Assembly (NCBI GenBank): GCA_032718475.1 | Contig: JAUCBJ010003662.1 | Span: 33,802 to 97,801 of the forward strand | Length of the DNA stretch: 64,000 nucleotides | Direction: 5' to 3' | DNA from: Nemertoderma westbladi | Lineage: Eukaryota > Animalia > Xenacoelomorpha | Shown here: in pieces, positions 53,615 to 62,100 of the stretch | Layout of the letters: each line of letters begins with the position of its first letter | Numbering within the stretch: position 1 is the stretch's first letter | The notes under the pieces: model-generated | Told to the model about the DNA's origin: nothing | What the model saw: the letters and a program-made list of their open reading frames with translations, nothing else | Databases searched by the model: none | Position numbers and translations under genes: made by a program

Positions 53615-55475
53615 TATCTCTTACTACACCTTTGCGTCCCTCTTGTCGGACACTCTCTACCCCCCTTCTCTCGCCACTAATCTCTCGCGGTGGGGCGCCC
53701 GTAGCCCACCCCCACCCGCCACTTCCAACTTCACTACCTCTTACTACACTTCTACACTCCTCTCTAGTCGACGCACTGTCTCTACTACGGCTGGGTCTAT
53801 TCACCCCCGCCTCTCTCTCTACTACTGCGTGGCCCATCAGGCCCACCTCGGGTTGGCTCAACCCCGCTACCTCCTGTCTACCAACTACGTGGCCTACCAG
53901 GCCGCCGTCGGGTTGGCTCAACCCTGCCACCTCCTGCCTACTAACTACGTGGCCTACCAGGCCACCGTCTGCTGAGTTATGTACGTCCGACACGCTCATA
54001 TTAATAGCACCATTCCCAATATTATTTGTTAAATCAATTAAATTATTAGAATTTGAAACGGAATTATTATTTAAATTATTTTGCGGGTTTGAATTGAAAT
54101 TATTATTTAGAGTATTTGTATTTAAATTTAAATTACTACTACCCGGTAAAATATTACTTGCTGCAATAAAGGGATTAGGGTTATCTACTACGGTACTATT
54201 AATATTAACATTTCCTAACGTACTACTATTACCCCCCCCGCCCGTACGGCTACACCAGTTCTGGTTTTCCCGCCTGGTGCCTGTAAGTGGGGGCTCACTC
54301 TCTGATATTTCCAACCGCGCCAGTTCTAGTCGGCGCTGGTTTAGTTTGGCCCGATATTGCACAAGCCTCCCTATCCGGGCACACAAATCATCCCGCTCAC
54401 GCTCACCCTCTATCTCTCTCTCTCTGCACTCTCGTAAACTTCGCTCGGCCCTCTCTCTCGCAAGCATTTCAGACCGCTTTGCCGACTCGCTCTCTACTCC
54501 CATCTCCCGCTCTCTACACTCCTCGGCTCTCTCTCTATCTTTCTTTGCCCACTCTCTTTCTCTCTCCAACCACGCGGTTTCCTCACTCAATCGTCTCTCT
54601 AACTCATTCTGCTCTGTCGCAACCTTTTCTAATTTATACGCCACGCGTTCACTCTCTCGCACCCTTCTTTCTTTTGCGGAGGATGTAGCAGACTTGTCGG
54701 TTGCGACGGACTCCCGTCGCCCCTCTGTCCCACCAACTTTCCCCCGCCTCCCGGAACTTCCTCCGACCGACGAGACCGAATCCTCAGAGTTAACCTCGGA
54801 TTCGCCCTCCTCAGGTCTCTTCCAACCCACTAATTTTATATCCTGGGCATCGACTAAGTATGGCCCTATGTACACTACACTAGGTTCCATACCCCCACAT
54901 TCCCATAGTTTAAACAGTTCGAAGGCAACTCCCCACGCCCTCAACTCTGCTAGTTCTCTCTGCCCAGAACACACTAGGTGATCAAAGTATCTGTTCGACT
55001 CACCTAGTCGCTTTCTCAGTCTCACCTCGTCTATCCTCGCCCCCTCCTTGGCCTCCTTTAGTAGTTCCCTGGTCGCGAGGTAGGCTCGTCGAAGTCGATC
55101 AGAAACCCCGACGTCCTCGTCGCCGACCTCTCCTCCATCTCTCCGGGTCCGACGTCGTACCGACGGCCCCACCGTCGCCGTTCCGGTGGACCGTTCGTCG
55201 TCCTCGGCCTGTGGCTGGCCTGCGACATCGGTACGTCGACCCTCGCTCCGCGTCGACTCGTCTTTCTCTTCTCCTCCCTTCTCGTCTCCTTCCCTCGACT
55301 CGCTCTCCGGTTGTAGACGACCCCCCACATCTCGGTTCGCCGGGTTGCTCGTTGTCGACGTGGTCGGCGTAGCATCGACCGGCGTCGTGGGTTCGTATCG
55401 TCTCGCCGTGGCCTCGCGGATCGTTAGATCGTCGTCCGGGGTCCGCGGCGGTGTCGTTCCTATCTCTCGACTCAT
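53508..55475 (-). CDS. gag: Gag-like polyprotein, N-terminal part (655 aa from first ATG): charged disordered N-terminus, S-rich linker, E/R coiled coil, Asn-rich tract, peptide repeats
   Basis: ATG at 55475 in a near-optimal Kozak context (GCTGCCACGATGA), about 115 nt downstream of the 5' LTR. Long open frame. The E/R-rich segment looks coiled-coil. Probably continuous with the next ORF. Confidence 0.75.
   Translation of the reverse strand: MSREIGTTPPRTPDDDLTIREATARRYEPTTPVDATPTTSTTSNPANRDVGGRLQPESESREGDEKGGEEKDESTRSEGRRTDVAGQPQAEDDERSTGTATVGPSVRRRTRRDGGEVGDEDVGVSDRLRRAYLATRELLKEAKEGARIDEVRLRKRLGESNRYFDHLVCSGQRELAELRAWGVAFELFKLWECGGMEPSVVYIGPYLVDAQDIKLVGWKRPEEGESEVNSEDSVSSVGGSSGRRGKVGGTEGRRESVATDKSATSSAKERRVRESERVAYKLEKVATEQNELERRLSEETAWLEREREWAKKDRERAEECREREMGVESESAKRSEMLARERAERSLRECREREIEGERERDDLCARIGRLVQYRAKLNQRRLELARLEISESEPPLTGTRRENQNWCSRTGGGGNSSTLGNVNINSTVVDNPNPFIAASNILPGSSNLNLNTNTLNNNFNSNPQNNLNNNSVSNSNNLIDLTNNIGNGAINMSVSDVHNSADGGLVGHVVSRQEVAGLSQPDGGLVGHVVGRQEVAGLSQPEVGLMGHAVVEREAGVNRPSRSRDSASTREECRSVVRGSEVGSGGWGWATGAPPREISGERRGVESVRQEGRKGVVRDSEVRSGGWGGATGTPPREVSRERGGGRECPTAVSG
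53528..53970 (-). repeat. Coding tandem repeats in gag: 2 x about 120 bp (40 aa) and about 2.5 x 60 bp (20 aa)
   Basis: VVRGSEVGSGGWGWATGAPPREISGERRGVESV vs VVRDSEVRSGGWGGATGTPPREVSRERGG. GGLVGHVV(S/G)RQEVAGLSQP(D/E) occurs twice, followed by VGLMGHAV. Confidence 0.9.
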
Positions 55476-55580
55476 CGTGGCAGCCACAGTCTGTCAGTTG
55501 GTTGGATCCAGTTCTATCACTGTCAGACTGTTAGGGCAGCTGCTAGGATCCTATCTCTGTCAGGGCAGCTGGGCGGATCT

Positions 55581-55591
55581 AGTTCTATCAC
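55581..55591 (-). promoter_or_regulatory. Putative non-canonical primer-binding site (GTGATAGAACT)
   Basis: Occupies the PBS position right after the 5' LTR end (...CCCGTCACA|GTGATAGAACT). Has no TGG. Complementary to LTR 55769-55777. A second copy sits at 55510-55520. Confidence 0.55.
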
Positions 55592-56122
55592 TGTGACGGG
55601 ATCTACGGATCCCGGTTTATCCGTTGGGTTTTCTATCCACGCGTCCCCGCCGTGTGTGAAAGGTAAAAGAGTTCTGATGTTGGGTAATATGTATAAAGGT
55701 ATAATAGTCTGATAGTTGATATAGTATAGTATGACACAACAGGTAATATATAATGGCGGTAGCGGACGGTGATAGAAGTCACCGTTCCACCCTACTGAAC
55801 TAACTGAGTAAACTAAACTGATATGATTACAGGTTACTGGTTATATTGCACGGTGGCCTTATTGCTACTCAATCGATGCCTTTCCCCCCTCTGATTGGTT
55901 GATACCCCTGTTGGCACCCTTTGGAGTGTTTCCCTTCACTCCCTGTGTTCTCTCTCGGTTAGGGGTTTGGCCCCTGACCCCTATTGTGTGTGTCTCCTTT
56001 GGGGCCTATTATCCCCGTTTACTGGGCTGACACGAGGTTGATTGGTAATCAACCTCGTGCTCCCAATATTGCTTTATGGCTCACTCTATGGGTTTGTGTT
56101 AGCGGAATTGGATAAGCTAACA
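55592..56122 (-). repeat. 5' LTR (531 bp)
   Basis: + strand reads TGTGACGGGATC...GATAAGCTAACA. Matches 49282-49812 except at 55645 (C vs A) and 56014 (C vs T). Lies upstream of the gag ORF on the minus strand. Confidence 0.97.
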
Positions 56123-59100
56123 CCTGTTCAGTTGTACATGTATTCCATGGTTCTGTTGTTTGTTTGCTCACCTGTTCAGATTTTTTACGTGGTTCTGTTG
56201 TTTGTTTGCTCACCTGTTCAGTTGTATTACGTGGTTCTGTTGTTTGTTTGCTCACCTGTTCAGTTGTATTACGTGGTTCTGTTGTTTGTTTGCTCACCTG
56301 TTCAGTTGTATTACGTGGTTCTGTTGTTTGTTTGCTCACCTGTTCAGTTTTATTACGTGGTTCTGTTGTTTGTTTGCTCAGCTGTTCAGTTATTTTACGT
56401 GGTTCTGTTGTTTGTTTGCTCACCTGTTCAGTTATATTACGTGGTTCTGTTGTTTGTTTGCTCACCTGTTTAGTTTTATTACGTGGTTCTGTTGTTTGTT
56501 TGCTCACCTGTTCAGTTGTATTACGTGGTTCTGTTGTTTGTTTGCTCACCTGTTCCGTTATATTACGTGGTTCTGTTGTTTGTTTGCTCACCGGTTCAGT
56601 TGTATTACGTGGTTCTGTTGTTTGTTTGCTCACCTGTTCAGTTTTATTACGTGGTTCTGTTGTTTGTTTGCTCACCTGTTCAGTTGTATTACGTGGTTCT
56701 GTTGTTTGTTTGCTCACCTGTTCAGTTTTATTACGTGGTTCTGTTGTTTGTTTGCTCACCTGTTCAGTTTTATAACGTGGTTCTGTTGTTTGTTTGCTCA
56801 CCTGTTCAGTTGTATTACGTGGTTCTGTTGTTTGTTTGCTCACCTGTTCAGTTTTATTACGTGGTTCTGTTGTTTGTTTGCTCACCTGTTCAGTTTTATT
56901 ACGTGGTTCTGTTGTTTGTTTGCTCACCTGTTCAGTTGTATTACGTGGTTCTGTTGTTTGTTTGCTCACCTGTTCAGTTTTATTACGTGGTTCTGTTGTT
57001 TGTTTGCTCACCTGTTCAGTTTTATTACGTGGTTCTGTTGTTTGTTTGCTCACCTGTTCAGTTTTATTACGTGGTTCTGTTGTTTGTTTGCTCACCTGTT
57101 CAGTTGTATTACGTGGTTCTGATGTTTGTTTACTCACCTGTTTAGTTTTTGTTTGCTCACCTGTTCAGTTTTATTACGTGGTTCTGTTGTTTGTTTACTC
57201 ACCTGTTTAGTTTTTGTTTGCTCACCTGTTCAGTTGTATTACGTGGTTCTGTTGTTTGTTTGCTCACCTGTTCAGTTTTATTACGTGGTTCTGTTGTTTG
57301 TTTGCTCACCTGTTCAGGTTTTTTTTACGTGGTTCTGTTGTTTGTTTGCTCACCTGTTCAGTTGTATTACGTGGTTCTGTTGTTTGTTTGCTCACCTGTT
57401 CAGTTTTATTACGTGGTTCTGTTGTTTGTTTGCTCACCTGTTCAGTTGTAATACGTGGTTCTGTTGTTTGTTTGCTCACCTGTTCAGTTGTATTACGTGG
57501 TTCTGTTGTTTGTTTGCTCACCTGTTCAGGTTTTTTTTACGTGGTTCTGTTGTTTGTTTGCTCACCTGTTCAGTTGTATTACGTGGTTCTGTTGTTTGTT
57601 TGCTCACCTGTTCAGTTGTATTACGTGGTTCTGTTGTTTGTTTGCTCACCTGTTCAGTTGTATTACGTGGTTCTGTTGTTTGTTTGCTCACCTGTTCAGT
57701 TTTATTACGTGGTTCTGTTGTTTGTTTGCTCACCTGTTCAGTTGTATTACGTGGTTCTGTTGTTTGTTTGCTCACCTGTTCAGTTGTATTACGTGGTTCT
57801 GCTGTTTGTTTGCTCACCTGTTCAGTTGTATTACGTGGTTCTGTTGTTTGTTTGCTCACCTGTTCAGTTGTATTACGTGGTTCTGTTGTTTGTTTGCTCA
57901 CCTGTTCAGTTTTATTACGTGGTTCTGTTGTTTGTTTGCTCACCTGTTCAGTTGTATTACGTGGTTCTGTTGTTTGTTTGCTCACCTGTTCAGTTGTATT
58001 ACGTGGTTCTGCTGTTTGTTTGCTCACCTGTTCAGTTGTATTACGTGGTTCTGTTGTTTGTTTGCTCACCTGTTCAGTTTTATTACGTGGTTCTGTTGTT
58101 TGTTTACTCACCTGTTCAGTGGTATTACGTGGTTCTGTTGTTTGTTTGCTCACCTGTTCAGTTGTATTACGTGGTTCTGTTGTTTGTTTGCTCACCTGTT
58201 CAGTTGTATTACGTGGTTCTGTTGTTTGTTTGCTCACCTGTTCAGTTTTATTACGTGGTTCTGTTGTTTGTTTGCTCACCTGTTCAGTTTTATTACGTGG
58301 TTCTGTTGTTTGTTTGCTCACCTGTTCAGTTGTATTACGTGGTTCTGTTGTTTGTTTGCTCACCTGTTTAGTTTTTGTTTGCTCACCTGTTCAGTTTTAT
58401 TACGTGGTTCTGTTGTTTGTTTACTCACCTGTTTAGTTTTTGTTTGCTCACCTGTTCAGTTGTATTACGTGGTTCTGTTGTTTGTTTGCTCACCTGTTCA
58501 GTTTTATTACGTGGTTCTGTTGTTTGTTTGCTCACCTGTTAAGTTTTATTACGTGGTTCTGTTGTTTGTTTGCTCACCTGTTCAGTTGTATTACGTGGTT
58601 CTGTTGTTTGTTTGCTCACCTGTTCAGTTTTATTACGTGGTTCTGTTGTTTGTTTGCTCACCTGTTCAGTTGTATTACGTGGTTCTGTTGTTTGTTTGCT
58701 CACCTGTTCAGTTGTATTACGTGGTTCTGTTGTTTGTTTGCTCACCTGTTCAGTTTTATTACGTGGTTCTGTTGTTTGTTTGCTCACCTGTTCAGTTTTA
58801 TTACGTGGTTCTGTTGTTTGTTTGCTCACCTGTTCAGTTGTATTACGTGGTTCTGTTGTTTGTTTGCTCACCTGTTCAGTTGTATTACGTGGTTCTGTTG
58901 TTTGTTTGCTCACCTGTTCTGTTGTATTACGTGGTTCTGTTGTTTGTTTGCTCACCTGTTCAGTTTTATTACGTGGTTCTGTTGTTTGTTTGCTCACCTG
59001 TTCAGTTATATTACGTGGTTCTGTTGTTTGTTTGCTCACCTGTTCAGTTATATTACGTGGTTCTGTTGTTTGTTTGCTCACCTGTTCAGTTTTATTACGT

Positions 59101-62100
59101 GGTTCTGTTGTTTGTTTGCTCACCTGTTCAGTTGTATTACGTGGTTCTGTTGTTTGTTTGCTCACCTGTTCAGTTTTATTACGTGGTTCTGTTGTTTGTT
59201 TGCTCACCTGTTCAGTTGTATTACGTGGTTCTGTTGTTTGTTTGCTCACCTGTTCAGTTTTATTACGTGGTTCTGTTGTTTGTTTGCTCACCTGTTCAGT
59301 TTTATTACGTGGTTCTGTTGTTTGTTTGCTCACCTGTTCAGTTTTATTACGTGGTTCTGTTGTTTGTTTGCTCACCTGTTCAGTTATATTACGTGGTTCT
59401 GTTGTTTGTTTGCTCACCTGTTCAGTTTTATTACGTGGTTCTGTTGTTTGTTTGCTCACCTGTTCAGTTGTATTACGTGGTTCTGTTGTTTGTTTGCTCA
59501 CCTGTTCAGTTTTATTACGTGGTTCTGTTGTTTGTTTGCTCACCTGTTCAGTTTTATTACGTGGTTCTGTTGTTTGTTTGCTCACCTGTTCAGGTTTTTT
59601 ACGTGGTTCTGTTGTTTGTTTGCTCACCTGTTCAGTTGTATTACGTGGTTCTGTTGTTTGTTTGCTCACCTGTTCAGTTGTATTACGTGGTTCTGTTGTT
59701 TGTTTGCTCACCTGTTCAGTTGTATTACGTGGTTCTGTTGTTTGTTTGCTCACCTGTTCCGTTATATTACGTGGTTCTGTTGTTTGTTTGCTCACCTGTT
59801 CAGTTGTATTACGTGGTTCTGTTGTTTGTTTGCTCACCTGTTCAGTTTTATTACGTGGTTCTGTTGTTTGTTTGCTCACCTGTTCAGTTGTATTACGTGG
59901 TTCTGTTGTTTGTTTGCTCACCTGTTCAGTTTTATTACGTGGTTCTCTTGCTTGTTTGCTCACCTGTTCAGTTTTATAACGTGGTTCTGTTGTTTGTTTG
60001 CTCACCTGTTCAGTTGTATTACGTGGTTCTGTTGTTTGTTTGCTCACCTGTTCAGTTTTATTACGTGGTTCTGTTGTTTGTTTTCTCACCTGTTCAGTTG
60101 TATTACGTGGTTCTGTTGTTTGTTTGCTCACCTGTTCAGTTGTATTACGTGGTTATGTTGTTTGTTTGCTCACCTGTTCAGTTTTATTACGTGGTTCTGT
60201 TGTTTGTTTGCTCACCTGTTCAGTTTTATTACGTGGTTCTGTTGTTTGTTTGCTCACCTGTTCAGTTGTATTACGTGGTTCTGTTGTTTGTTTGCTCACC
60301 TGTTCAGTTATATTACGTGGTTCTGTTGTTTGTTTGCTCACCTGTTCAGTTTTATTACGTGGTTCTGTTGTTTGTTTGCTCACCTGTTCAGTTGTATTAC
60401 GTGGTTCTGTTGTTTGTTTGCTCACCTGTTCAGTTTTATTACGTGGTTCTCTTGCTTGTTTGCTCACCTGTTCAGTTTTATTACGTGGTTCTGTTGTTTG
60501 TTTGCTCACCTGTTCAGTTGTATTACGTGGTTCTGTTGTTTGTTTGCTCACCTGTTCAGTTTTATTACGTGGTTCTGTTGTTTGTTTGCTCACCTGTTCA
60601 GTTGTATTACGTGGTTCTGTTGTTTGTTTGCTCACCTGTTCAGTTGTATTACGTGGTTCTGTTGTTTGTTTGCTCACCTGTTCAGTTTTATTACGTGGTT
60701 CTGTTGTTTGTTTGCTCACCTGTTCAGTTTTATTACGTGGTTCTGTTGTTTGTTTGCTCACCTGTTCAGTTGTATTACGTGGTTCTGCTGTTTGTTTGCT
60801 CACCTGTTCAGTTGTATTACGTGGTTCTGTTGTTTGTTTGCTCACCTGTTCAGTTGTATTACGTGGTTCTGTTGTTTGTTTGCTCACCTGTTCAGTTTTA
60901 TTACGTGGTTCTGTTGTTTGTTTGCTCACCTGTTCAGTTGTATTACGTGGTTCTGTTGTTTGTTTGCTCACCTGTTCAGTTGTATTACGTGGTTCTGCTG
61001 TTTGTTTGCTCACCTGTTCAGTTGTATTACGTGGTTCTGTTGTTTGTTTGCTCACCTGTTCAGTTTTATTACGTGGTTCTGTTGTTTGTTTACTCACCTG
61101 TTCAGTGGTATTACGTGGTTCTGTTGTTTGTTTGCTCACCTGTTCAGTTGTATTACGTGGTTCTGTTGTTTGTTTGCTCACCTGTTCAGTTGTATTACGT
61201 GGTTCTGTTGTTTGTTTGCTCACCTGTTCAGTTTTATTACGTGGTTCTGTTGTTTGTTTGCTCACCTGTTCAGTTTTATTACGTGGTTCTGTTGTTTGTT
61301 TGCTCACCTGTTCAGTTGTATTACGTGGTTCTGTTGTTTGTTTGCTCACCTGTTTAGTTTTTGTTTGCTCACCTGTTCAGTTTTATTACGTGGTTCTGTT
61401 GTTTGTTTACTCACCTGTTTAGTTTTTGTTTGCTCACCTGTTCAGTTGTATTACGTGGTTCTGTTGTTTGTTTGCTCACCTGTTCAGTTTTATTACGTGG
61501 TTCTGTTGTTTGTTTGCTCACCTGTTAAGTTTTATTACGTGGTTCTGTTGTTTGTTTGCTCACCTGTTCAGTTGTATTACGTGGTTCTGTTGTTTGTTTG
61601 CTCACCTGTTCAGTTTTATTACGTGGTTCTGTTGTTTGTTTGCTCACCTGTTCAGTTGTATTACGTGGTTCTGTTGTTTGTTTGCTCACCTGTTCAGTTG
61701 TATTACGTGGTTCTGTTGTTTGTTTGCTCACCTGTTCAGTTTTATTACGTGGTTCTGTTGTTTGTTTGCTCACCTGTTCAGTTTTATTACGTGGTTCTGT
61801 TGTTTGTTTGCTCACCTGTTCAGTTGTATTACGTGGTTCTGTTGTTTGTTTGCTCACCTGTTCAGTTGTATTACGTGGTTCTGTTGTTTGTTTGCTCACC
61901 TGTTCTGTTGTATTACGTGGTTCTGTTGTTTGTTTGCTCACCTGTTCAGTTTTATTACGTGGTTCTGTTGTTTGTTTGCTCACCTGTTCAGTTATATTAC
62001 GTGGTTCTGTTGTTTGTTTGCTCACCTGTTCAGTTATATTACGTGGTTCTGTTGTTTGTTTGCTCACCTGTTCAGTTTTATTACGTGGTTCTGTTGTTTG

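Larger units (their letters stand above)
49282..56122 (-). mobile_element. Full-length non-autonomous (gag-only) LTR retrotransposon, 6,841 bp, BEL/Pao-like
   Basis: Direct 531-bp terminal repeats with TG...CA ends. 5-bp TSD CCTGT at 49277-49281 and 56123-56127. PPT next to the left LTR on the minus strand. Minus-strand ORFs with zinc knuckles. No pol motifs seen. The BEL/Pao assignment rests on knuckle spacing and TSD length and is inference. Confidence 0.95.

Noticed and set aside
53400-54981. Plus-strand ORFs of 485 aa and 191 aa antisense to gag
   Set aside because: Their S/L-rich composition is the shadow of the purine-rich E/R-coding strand. They have no motifs and run opposite to the PPT-defined orientation.
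55671-55760. TATAAA on the plus strand of the LTR suggesting a plus-oriented element
   Set aside because: The PPT, Kozak ATG and zinc-knuckle ORF all indicate minus orientation. An antisense promoter is possible but unsupported.
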